NCBI GenBank assembly: GCA_040954595.2
Contig: CM082587.2
Location: 9,739,403 to 9,803,402, forward strand
DNA from: Balanoglossus misakiensis
Lineage: Eukaryota; Animalia; Hemichordata
DNA length: 64,000 bases
Direction of reading: 5' to 3'
In this document: one piece after another, positions 37,346 to 49,600 of the stretch
How positions within the stretch are numbered: position 1 is the first letter of the stretch
How the letters are laid out: every line of letters starts with the position of its first letter
Notes under the pieces: generated by a model
Told to the model about the DNA's origin: nothing
The model's database searches: none
Seen by the model: the letters and a program-made list of their open reading frames with translations, nothing else
Position numbers and translations under genes: made by a program

Positions 37346-38751
37346 AAAAAATTTCAGTCGAATTTCATGAAAATCGATGTCCGTGTGACTATTTGCCCGC
37401 CATGATTCGAATCGACATAACAAGCAATAGAACGTACCAGTTTAAAAACAATCGATCTGAACCTTCTATACCTAGTTTAAGTCAATTGACCTGTTGTTTC
37501 ATGTTTCATATACAGTGTTGAACGAAACAATGTCTTCAAACAGCAGATTATCTAATGGGGGGACAATGGGGGACGGTTTTTGCGAATGGTTTGCTCACTT
37601 CCGGTGCGCTAGATTTGTCAAAGCGCGTTTTCACGTGTACGGGTATAGGTACATGCATGTACCTATTTCAATTGAACTTGTTTTTCAATGTTTTGAAAGG
37701 ATCGGGTAGGTGACTCTGCTTTCTGAACCGTGCCTCTTTCTTCCCCAACAGGTCCAACTACACGTGGTCCTAGTGGCCAAGTTATCAACGTGATTTTTGA
37801 AAACCTGATATGGTAATTTATTCCTACAGTTTTCCTAAGTTTGGAGTGATCAACAACTTTGGTTACCTCCTCAAGTGAGATGTCATGATTTAAAACAGTA
37901 CTATGATGGTAGCCTTCTGTCAACTGCATTTCTAGTTTCATTTCATGTTAGTAATGTGTGGTTCAGTTGCTATTTACATTACACAGAGACTATGAAACCC
38001 TTTCTGAATTCCATTGTTCTCAATAAATTCCACAAACACATGATGTACAGAAATGAATATATTTAAATCTTTATTTCGTAAAACCTGGCAACAAACAAAC
38101 AAATAAGTGTGTATAAACATGAATAAATATTTCAACTTTTAATAAAAAATATGGTCTCTTGATTCATTTTTGATCAGCCCCCTTCCCCCATCATTGATTC
38201 TACTCATGTAAATGTGTTTGTTTGCATAATTTAGACGGCGTCGCTTGTTCACTAAATATTCTATCAGAACAGTTATTGAACAGAGCTAGGGACGGGATGA
38301 TATTCCATTAGCATTCACTAGGGGATATCCATGTGTACAGTCATGACAGTCATTGAACAGAGCTACATGGCAGAACATTTTATCATCGTTATTGTACTGA
38401 AACAGGAGTGGGAATGACATGTTATTCTCTGTCATAGAAAAGAGCTATGGGTCAGCATAACATTGTATGGGGAGAGGCAACATATTTTTTGTCACTATGT
38501 CAGTCATAGTTCAACTACTACTAAATAACAAGTCAATGTTTGGAAGCAACTATGGATATTTTAGAACAAACAGCCGATCTACAGAGTCTACCGGAAAACT
38601 TTCTTATTCGCTCGGGCAGTGTGTTCTACGCATGACAACTAAATATGCAAATAACGAGACGGCGTTTGGAAGCAACCATGGATATTTTAGAATAACCGTC
38701 GATCTACAGCGTATACCGGAAAACGTTCTTATTCGCTCGGGCCAGTGTGTT

Positions 38752-39009
38752 CTACGCATCACAACTGATGCAAATAGTTTTTCGCCACAGATGTTCAGCC
38801 TTCCGTCTATTCTTTTTTGCAATGTCGATTTCATGAGTATACCATTTGGTACCTGGACGTATGATCACTGTACGCTTTTGAAGTGGTGCGTTGGCTTGAA
38901 GAACTTCACTGACGTGTTGGTTATAAGACAGTTGATATGGCTGAGGAGAGGTCATTTGGAGGCGAGGACATTTGATGTATTTTGTCGAGATCATGGCTGA
39001 AACTATCAA
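38752..39009 (-). pseudogene. CR1/L2 LINE ORF2 fragment
   Basis: APLQKRTV..RP..KWY...I..AKKNRRKAEHLWRKT, the typical linker between endonuclease and RT. Confidence 0.6.
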
Positions 39010-39821
39010 TTGAAATGGCAGAGATACTTCAATTGAGCATTGTTCTACAACACTTTCTCATTGATGGTGCCTATAACTAATATTTTGGTTAGTTTTGAGT
39101 GTACTATTCTAGATTGTATTGTTGCCAGTTTGAGCGTATTTTGGCACTTCCTCTTTTGCTGTTCAAATAAGCATTTGTGATATTTGATCAGTAGGTCCCC
39201 CATCATGGTCAGATGTTCAGAGAGGGGATCTCTTGAACTGCATAATGCCCTTGATTTGATTCCTGGGGTCACTTTCTGGCAGATTTTTGGTTGTAATTTG
39301 GAAATGAAAGAACTCCAGTTGTAGTATTAGTGTTAAAACCTTCTAGAGTCATATACCCGATCTGGTTACAAGTAAACATGATAATTTGATACCAATAAAC
39401 GAATTGAAGAGGCTACAAAAAGTATAAGAGTTTGAGTTCGAACAATGACCAGAAGCTGAGGAGTGCACCGCACTCTATTTTGAGATAAATTTTGTTAAAA
39501 TATTTGCATGTAGACAAACCAAAAATGCTGAGTTAGGAGTTTTCTTCTATTATCGACTAAATTCATGGCTCTGTATTTCAAAAACAAGCGCGGTGACCCC
39601 TATTTTATCACAGATTTTCATTATACATACACATACAGGATAATCCAAAAATCAACAATTAAAAGAAATGACAATACTTTCAATTTTGACGAACGTACAT
39701 CCTTAAAGACAAAACAAAGGGAAAGTTTGGACCTAAATGAGTAATAATGGCAGAAATGCTCAAGATTAATTTCTATTATATAATTGTATTAACTTGTTAT
39801 CGTATGCTATATTTTTTGTAG

Positions 39822-40571
39822 ACAAGTTTTGTGGTGTGGAGTGTACATCGCAATGAGAAATTACTCCAAATCCAATGTGGTGGTGGCCACAGATCCTATG
39901 GGTATGCTGAGCTACAAAATAGTGCCATCTTTGCTTACATTAAAGCCCGGAATATCATACTGTGTCAAATTTCCAAGGACATGTTGGAGGTTCAAACTGT
40001 TGTTAAGGTAAGGATTTTACGCATCTATCAGAATGTAGTCATTATTATTTTATACAGAAGTTTCTTCTCATGAACATCTTGGAAACAATTGATGAAATCA
40101 TGTCGCATTTGAATACTGTGAAATGTTTTCTCTTGTGTGGTTTTCAAAGGGCAACACATGTTGCCAAATCTAAGACTCTGGTTTCAAAAATTGTATACAG
40201 TCAATACCATAAGCAGTGTGCTGTCCTAACAACAGACAAGATACTGACAACCATAGTCTGTGTCAGAGATTGGGAAAAGACAGGGCAGTCCACTATTTGA
40301 ATGTGTCTAACACAAAATTTGCAGAACATTTGGATTGGACGTAATGTTTTACACACAAAAGTACACACATGCGCATAAGACGATTGTCAGCCTTAGGATC
40401 TTTGTACCGATTTTAATATCGGACTTTGCTGACCAGCTTCTCATTTTACTTGTTCAAACTTCAAGATGAATTAGTGTTTCTATCATTTGATCACTAGTCT
40501 CCTAGTTGGATGAATATACATTGTATAGACACCACAGGGAACTCAGTAATTTTGTTATTGTTATTGTTATT

Positions 40572-40604
<33 letters not shown>

Positions 40605-43600
40605 AAGATTGGTAATAAAATTTAAAAAAAAATCAATGTGTCATTTCTTGCTATGTTTGTCGATGTTGTAGATAACTGTAAAAAAAAAACCCAACCATAA
40701 TCGTGGAAAACACGACCTAGGTCGCCGAATGTCACTACCGTATGTAAGACGGTAGTGACATTCGGCGACCTAGGTCGTGTTTTCCACGATTATGGTTGGT
40801 TTTTTTTTTTACAGTTATCTACAACATCGACAAACATAGCAAGAAATGACACATTGATTTTTTTTTAAATTTTATTACCAATCTTAACAACAACAACAAC
40901 AACAACAACAACAATAATAACAACAACAACAACAATAACAATAACAAAATTACTGAGTTCCCTGTGTAGACACTAGTAAACTGAAGAATTTTGAATATGT
41001 CATGTTTCTGATCAGGGAGTTTATCTATTGACATCAGCAAGCCACATTGAGCTCTGTCTCTCATTTTTAGCTCTGCTGTCAGCGACAGGAACTTTTCAGA
41101 TAGGTGGACTGTCAATTATCTGGGGCAATCATAGTATTGACTGCTATGTCCCAAGGCTAATGGCATAACCCAACGTAATTTAAAGCACGACTGTGCACTG
41201 TTTATTGTTCACAAATCCCTGTAATGACCGGCCTCACAACAAACCTGGCCCTGTGCACAATGAACCCGGCCCTGCATTGCATTAAACTCAGTCATGAGTA
41301 CCAATCAGGAAGTAAAATATTCACTGAAGTATAATGTTTAATAAGAAGCATAATGTACTTTAAAATCAAAAATACATGAGTAAAAATATTCACTGAAGTA
41401 TAATGTTTAATAAGAAGCATAATGTACTTTAAAATCAAAAATACATGAGTAAAAATGTTCACTGAAGTATAATGTTTGTCAAGATATCTACACCTTGTTA
41501 TATTCTAAAACAACATTTCCATTAGAAATACAATCCACATTTCTTGAAGTAAACATATATGATTCTATACCCATAATTTTACCTATAACATTTATTATAT
41601 TATACAAAATTTAAAATAAAAAATACATGAGTACCAATCAGGAAGTAAAATATTCACTGAAGTATAATGTTTAATAAGAAGCATAATGTACTTTAAAATC
41701 AAAAATACATGAGTAAAAATATTCACTGAAGTATAATGTTTAATAAGAAGCATAATGTACTTTAAAATCAAAAATACATGAGTAAAAATGTTCACTGAAG
41801 TATAATGTTTGTCAAGATATCTACACCTTGTTATATTCTAAAACAACATTTCCATTAGAAATACAATCCACATTTCTTGAAGTAAACATATATGATTCTA
41901 TACCCATAATTTTACCTATTTCATAATATTAAAATATCAAGAATATTTGCATTGTAAAAACGTTTCTGGGAATTAAATAAGGCGAAAACCTTATTTACAG
42001 AATTTTACAACATTTTCTAAATTCAAACAAAACCGTTATACTCGTAAAAGTCGTTTACTCACATGTCAACAAACGGGATGGAAGTTGTTTATGGCTGAAC
42101 GATCATTCAATACATATACACATGTACATTAAGCAAACAGTGTCTAGTATCAAACATAATTAATGGAAGGGGCAGCGAGAGAGAAAGACTTTTTCCTTTT
42201 AAACTAATGAAATGCTTTCAAACATCCTTTTAATTTCCTCTGTGTATAACATTGCCGTACCACGTCTATGCATGTCATTATTTGTATCGTATTGTAACGA
42301 CACCATAAGTTTGCCACTTAAGCCTGCGATTCCTATCGCGCAAGTGCCTAAGAGTGTACCCCTCGTCCCTCTATGGATTTTCTCAACACTGACTTTGCGA
42401 TCATTGTGACATTCCAGAAAAGTAAGCTGTCCTGCATTAGATATGTATAAGACATCTTTAATGGAATTGTTTTGCTGTTTAGCAAGCTGGATTAATTCCC
42501 TAGTTCTGTCATACTGGAATTCTGTTAACTGTGATATTGGTGGTGGACCCGATACTCTATCGTCAAGATTTTCTTTAAGTCGCCTTGCCAGTTTCCAGAA
42601 ATATTCATCCCCAATCGAGGCTTGATTTACATTTGTTGTCAATTTTTCTGTAGTGTTGTAAAGACCCAAATCTGTAAAATTTTCTTTGAAATGCTTTCGC
42701 AATGTGCGGGCAACATCCAACTTAACATCCATGGGTTTTCCATCATTAACTATTTTAGCAAAAGCTGATAAAAACAATGCTAATAATGTTGAATTGAGAT
42801 TAACATTGTGTTGTCTTGTCAGTTGCTTCAATTTTGATAGCAAATTCTCGGATATCTCAAAAGTAATACATTTTGTTTCGACATTCGTGTCATAATCATC
42901 AGAAATATCTGAAAAGCATAATGGCGGTGCCGATTCCACCAGCATTTTATCGTTGTCTTTCTCAGTTACACTTATAGTCTCTGGTGTTGCAATCAAATCT
43001 TGAGCTGCTCGAGGAAACGGTACTCTCTGAATTCTTTGCTGAATGTTTGTCTCAAAGGATCCGTCCACAATGTCATTCAGATTTTCCACGAATTGATTCA
43101 CATAGCTACTGGCACCAACACCATCTGTAAGTGAATGGTGAAACTGAAACGTCACAGCAGCCTTGTACGACTCACGATCGCCAGTGTCATTCTTTGTCCA
43201 CTCTCCTTGTAAGATTGTACAGTTCCACAAAGGGCCTTGGAGGCAGTTGATGGCATTGCTTCCAGATCGAGAAATGGCAGTTCCCACATCGTCGTTCACG
43301 GTTAGACCTGAAACACGAAGATCAACACTTCCGCCGTTTGTCATCTCTGCGAAACACCTGTCAGTTTCTCTGCCGTCTTCATCGTGCAAAACGATAACTC
43401 TTGAACTCAATGCACTATGTTTCTTACGTAGGTTATCAAGTGCCTTGTGAACAATGTCCTTAGTAATTTCAACTTTGCAATTCAATTGCAAGTGTATTAC
43501 AACGGGCCAGAGACGGTATTGTGAAAAGACGTCGTACATACGTTCGGGCGCGTTCATTTTCCGGAAATATGGCGCCAGTGCTGTGCGATCATTTGTGCCC

Positions 43601-46600
43601 TGTGAAGTGATGAATCGCGGTATTTGCATGGCTGCTGCGAACTTCCCATGTCTTGCAAGCACTGGGGCTTTGGTGATTGCCTGAGCACGTAGAATGGCAA
43701 GGAACATTTTTGTCTTATTTCTTTACTGTATATGGCTTGGTGACGGACAATATGATGACGACAGCTTTTTACTTTGCTGGAGATAAACTGGGGGCCGATA
43801 ATCTAACAGTTGCAATGCCGATGACGGTGAAAAAAATCGTCCTAGAGAAACAATATGGACAGAATGACACATTAATTAACAATGAAATATTTTTTTCATC
43901 AAAATGGTATTTGTATTACGAATATGTAGCTTTTGCACTTCACATATGTTGTTTCATTCTCGTGATTGGTTGGTTTTCATTTCTGTATCATTGTTTAATA
44001 TGTACGAATCTGAATATTTGGTGTACCTTGATTAATTTACCCCAGCAAAATCGGTGGGGTTGGAATAATTATATTTCACACATTTATTAAACACTCACGC
44101 TTATAAAGCATGCGGTCGGCTATTTGGGAGTGGCACTAAGACCTTGCTTGACTCGGTAATCATTTCAAGCCACGGTCGCCTAGGCAAATATATTCTTAGA
44201 CGTACACCCAAAATACTAAACAATAAGTTTCATTTACCGAGAGAAAAACAAAGATTCCAAGTTTGTCTTAAGAAGTTCTACTTCAACACCTGGTTTTGAG
44301 AGAGAACTACTTTCTGAGTTTTGAAGGTATTATTGCAACCCACGGCATGATTTTGGATGCGCTTCTGTGTTCAGCACAAGCACCAGAAAAAGTCTCCCAC
44401 TGACTATCGCCCTATACTGTCCAAAAAAACGTGTGTACGGTTAACTTTAAATCTACAAAACTTGGTACAAAATATGAATAAGTCACTTGCACCTTACCTG
44501 AATCTCGAACAGAGAAGACTTTTGTCAACGAACCTGTTGATGAGAAAGTCGGATCGAAAATGACAACGTTTTATTTAAAATGCGCATTATATGACATTCA
44601 CAAACATGTACGATCAAGTTAGAATGAACATTGTAATATGTTTATATAATGTGTTGTAATAATGCGAAGAAAAGCTTTTTCATTTCAAGTAGTGAATGGG
44701 CCGGATACATGATTAATGGCCATTGATATTTAAATCATTGTCATTGAACTTGATGGAACAATGCTGAATGGCAATCACTTAAAATGCAAAGCATTTTGTC
44801 CCATTCATATACATTATCTGTACAAAATTGTTACCAGACCCAAGTGTGCATACATTTTTATGCAAAGTGTCCGTCACGTGGTTAAAATTTCGAAAGATTG
44901 CTACCATGAGGATTTATTGTACATTTCCAACCAAAAGCTTATTTTTAAATCTTTTAGTTTACACATGTGCGATGTATGTTTCTTAGTTATTGTCAATTTG
45001 GAATTATCCCAAATATAAAGTCACCAAATGAAACGCTATTTGACAAAATGACAGTCATTGACACCTGAACTGTTTCATGAATGTAGCGACAGGACGGTGC
45101 TTCAAGGCACACACACACAACATATTGGCTAAATGACGTATTTTTAGAGATCACAATTCATGACCAACCCTCCCCCCTCCGCTGATTACTGGTAAACATG
45201 GTAATCAGATCTGGTACTGGCCAACTGCCGATTATGCAACTATCAGTATAGGACAACACAAAGTATTTTCACTCAAACATTCCAACAGCACTTGCTAAAT
45301 GGAGAGCTGATCACATTTCATTTCATTTGTTGGGCCTGTAACTGACAGAAAATGATGGCTCAAAGTGTAGTTTGAAATGGTTTCAATGTGGCTTGCGGTA
45401 TGTTGGACTATTTGAAAGGTCGAGTTGAAAACATAAGGAGGGCATATAAACTTTGTATAAACTTTGAAGTGTAGTTTAATTCTTTGCTATCGATGCTATA
45501 GACTGTTCTGCAACGCATGGAAATAGAATTGCCCAGGTTCTGGGTTATTGATGAAGTACTGAAGGTGATTGCACTGTAGTGATGGCTGCAGACCCTGTGG
45601 TGGTGGATCATTCTAGCATCTGAAATTGGTAGACACAAATGTGAATATGCTTTTATGACAAAAGTGTTAATGCTGCTCAGCAAAGGATACATGTATGCTT
45701 ATAGGTATTAATTCTGCATGTCACCCTCAGCTACATATCAAGCAATATGCTTCATAAATCATTCTCAGTCATATTTTTGTAATAACCTCGCACGTGTGTG
45801 TGTGCGTGTGTACAATGTATGTATGTTAGCCCTGCATACAAATCTGTGTGTTCCCGGCGTTACACGGCCTGCACCACGTGTAACGCCGGGAACACACGCA
45901 TACACAGACCTGTATGCAGGGCAAAAAAAACCCAAAACCACACAGCTATTATAATTGTTACAAAAAATTATACTGATTTACTGAATGGCAGATTTTAGAT
46001 CGGGTAACTTCGACTAAACCAAAGCAGTAATTCTTATAACATATTCACACTCAGTTAGGTGGTTATTAATGACCACTACACTCTGTTTCAACTTGTAGGT
46101 GAATTTTACCCAAAATGCAATGTCACAGTATGATTTGACCACCTATAAGCAGAAGTAAAATATTTCAGGATGTGTGAAATAACTCACTAACTCTGTGAGT
46201 TACACCAACATGGGTAGTCAGTCACTCATTACAAAGAATTCTCATCCACAGTTTGTAGTATTTGGAATATAGTCTGCTTCGTCTTGTGATGTTTTTAGTG
46301 TCACTGTTCAAACACTTTGATGCAATGGCTGCTTGTAACAGCTACAACCACCCTGCAAGGTGCATCATCTGTCAGTGCCATACCAGTGGGGCTGTACAAC
46401 TGATCTTCATCTCTGTCAATACGACAAACAAACTTACCACCACTCTCAAACTTCAGTATGCTACTCGGGCTGTCAGTACTAACATACACATATTTATCAT
46501 TCTCAATGATTATTCCCCTGGGGTCTCTCAGCTGACCATCCCCACTCTGACAATCAAAGGAATACAAAAACTGGTCATCTGAATTGAACACCTGGATACA

Positions 46601-49600
46601 CATGTTATCAGAATCTGCTACAAACACCATCCCACTTCTTCCCACTACTATTCCCCAGGGCCAATGGAATTTCCCCTGACTTTCACCTACCGATCCAAAT
46701 GACCTTATATACTTGCCATGTTGTGTATAAATGCTGACACATTGCCCACCCTTGTCTGTCACATAGACATTACCATTGACAGGGCTGATAGATATCCCAA
46801 ATGGATCTTTCAGCTCATTCTGACCAAAGCATCTGATGACACGTCCATTCTCATCACTGACAACTACTTGCATATTGTTGTCATCTAAACTATAGTGCGT
46901 ATTGTCACTTGATATAGTTATGTCACGCGGCCTGAAAGGTTTGTCAAATTGTGTAAATTTCAAGATTTTCTTCACTCTGCCCTCTCTGGTGGTTATTTGT
47001 AATCTGTTATTGTATGTATCAGTGGTGACAATGTCTTTGTCTTTGTTTATGGCCACGCTCCAGGGATTGTCATACTGTCCCTCAGCACTTCCTCTACTGC
47101 CAATGGTTTGAACCAATCTTTTGATGACAGGTATGATGACAGGAGAGCCTGGTATTGCCTGATCTCCTATTGTCATGGCAACTTGATACTTCCCATCCAT
47201 TCGTCCATTCACTGTCACTCTGTGTGTACCATCTCTGTTATCTGATACTTTGATGTCTTCCCATGATGCATCAGGTTTTCTTACCTTGGCTTTCACTGGT
47301 TGTGTTGGGAGGACTTGTTTTCCTGTGGAATCTCTGGTTGTGATCAGCAGGTGTGCAGAGTCACCTTTCAGAAGTTGTTTTGGAGTGTTTTGAACTGTAC
47401 ACTTTGAGATGCACAAAGCAGTTTCTAGTTGTCGTTGCTTGAATGATTCTGTCAACTTTGCAATTAAAAAGTTGGTTTTGAATCCTGGAATTCCGTTACC
47501 AGGAAGTCGATATTGCTGTCGACATTCTGGACAGGTTAGAGATCTTGTGTTTGCAACCAGAGCGACTAAACACCGTTGACAGAATGTGTGCAGACATGGT
47601 AATGCTTTAGGTGTTTCAAACAACTCCAGACAGATGGAACAACACAAATCCTCGCCGACTTCTCTTAGAAACCTACTGCCTACCGACATCTTGTATGTGC
47701 ATTGCATGTATCAGTTACAATGTACTCTCTTAACCCCTTGAACCGTTCGTAGCAAAGTACATTTTGTACCTTTATCTTATGTGATATGATAATGTATATT
47801 GAGAGTGCATCAATTCTAAGGTAAGGGGGAAACCATTTGATTTTTGGGGAGGGGGTGGTGGATAATTACAGCATGTGAGCAATTTTTCCCAGCCACTGTG
47901 ACAGGAAATTTTTATATTGCACTGCTGGTCCACCTTTTTCTTCGAGGCTGTACGGAAGAAATAGATTTTCTTCAAAAAAATCCTCCCCCCCCCAAATCAA
48001 ATGGTTCTCCCCTAACTATCAAGTGACTGGTGTAGGAGATTGTGCGTTTGTGATAGCAATTACTACATCATGTGATTTGGGGTCAGAACAGGGTTATCAT
48101 TGTAACAATAGTATGATTTCTGGTATGTACCTGTAGACCACTCCAAAAATTAACTGTTTTGTTGCACACATAGTCTGTTGCTAGAAAATTCAAGAATCTA
48201 GGTCAGAAATATCAAAAATTACATTTTAATATTGCTATATTTTACTACTTTGTGAAAGTTTAAGTAAATAATGCACAAGACCATCATCAATAATTATTTT
48301 TATTATTATATACATTCAACTGTCTGTATAAAAACATACCTCCAGTTTGGAATACCCCAAAGGAACAATGAAAAGTAGACAAACCAAGTGAAAAAATATT
48401 CATCGAATTGCCTTTCACAAATATTCAGATATTTTTAAAGTTTCCAATTTTTCTCACAGTTAATAAAAATTCCAGGTACCAACCAAAATTCAATTATTGA
48501 AGAAAAAGTTCCTTATTTTCTTTTTGCCCTTTATCTTATTTCAAAGTGATTATGCGAAAATTACAGTTGACCGCACACAGATTTGTAGTTTTATCAACAT
48601 AACATGTCAACCAAACTTATTTACACAGAGGGGACAAGTTATTTTGAGGTCAGGGAAGTCAGATAAAAACTGACAGAGAAGACAGATTTATTTTGTTGAT
48701 AAAAGCCATTAACTGAGTGATTAAAGGGACAAAGTCTCTCTTTCGCTGCCCCTTTCCTCTTAATTACGTTTGGTACAAGACACTGTTTATGATAATGTAC
48801 ATGTGGGTATATAGTAAATCAACGTCTAACAACACACAACTTCAATCCCAATTGTAGACCCGAGAGTGAAAGACTCACCAAAGTGAATAATCGTTCTTTA
48901 CCATTTATTCATTTTTGACGAGTTTTTACTCTCATATCATACAAGCGGGATGGAAGTTGTGTGTGGTTGAACGTTCATTCACTACATATACACATGTACA
49001 TTAATATAAGTGTTGTCTTGTATGGAACATAATTAATGGAAAGAGGGCAGCGGGGGAGAGACTTCATTAATTTTAATGTCAAATCAATTTTGGTTGATGG
49101 AAAAAAAATTGATGGTCAACCTTACCGTAGAAAACAATGGAGTTAGACGGTGGTGATAGGGTTAAAATTAATGCCGACTCAGAGCTCAAGAAAACTTGCT
49201 TCCACTGTTGTTGTCAGTGTGTGCATTTAAACATTGAGACATTGTCTATGAAATCAAAAATGTTAAAGGCACGTAAGCTGCAACTTTTGGGATAATTTTC
49301 ATAATTTTTGTTTCAAACTGTACTACCATTAGTCTATGCAGATGAAGGCAGTGAACTAAACACAAGCATTATAAACCCTAAATATGAGTGCATATGCAAG
49401 TTCTAACCAGATAAATAATAAAGCTTTGCCGCAAGCGATTATGGCCGCCACCGTGGGAAAATGCAAAAAACAACGAAAACGTTGCATTTCTGGTTATGAA
49501 ACTTTTTAAACAAAACATAATCTTATCCACTTGAGCCCATGGAAGTAAATGTACACCGCTGAGACATTATATTTTCCTTTTTCATTCAAATATTGCACTT

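Noticed and set aside
45830-45920. 90-bp imperfect palindrome as a structured ncRNA
   Set aside because: CCC...GGG-ended hairpin more consistent with a tiny MITE; no RNA-gene features.
33458-47707. PHD finger (33458-33640) or NHL/WD40 propellers as a RAG2-like partner
   Set aside because: The PHD belongs to the ISL2EU exonuclease; the propellers are NHL and WD40 rather than kelch, and all lie outside the TIR-bounded element.
42060-49065. Composite transposon carrying the acyltransferase and TRIM genes between two same-family MITEs
   Set aside because: The outer MITE ends are truncated or degenerate, no shared TSD is seen, and the family is abundant (four copies in the window), so the bracketing can be chance.
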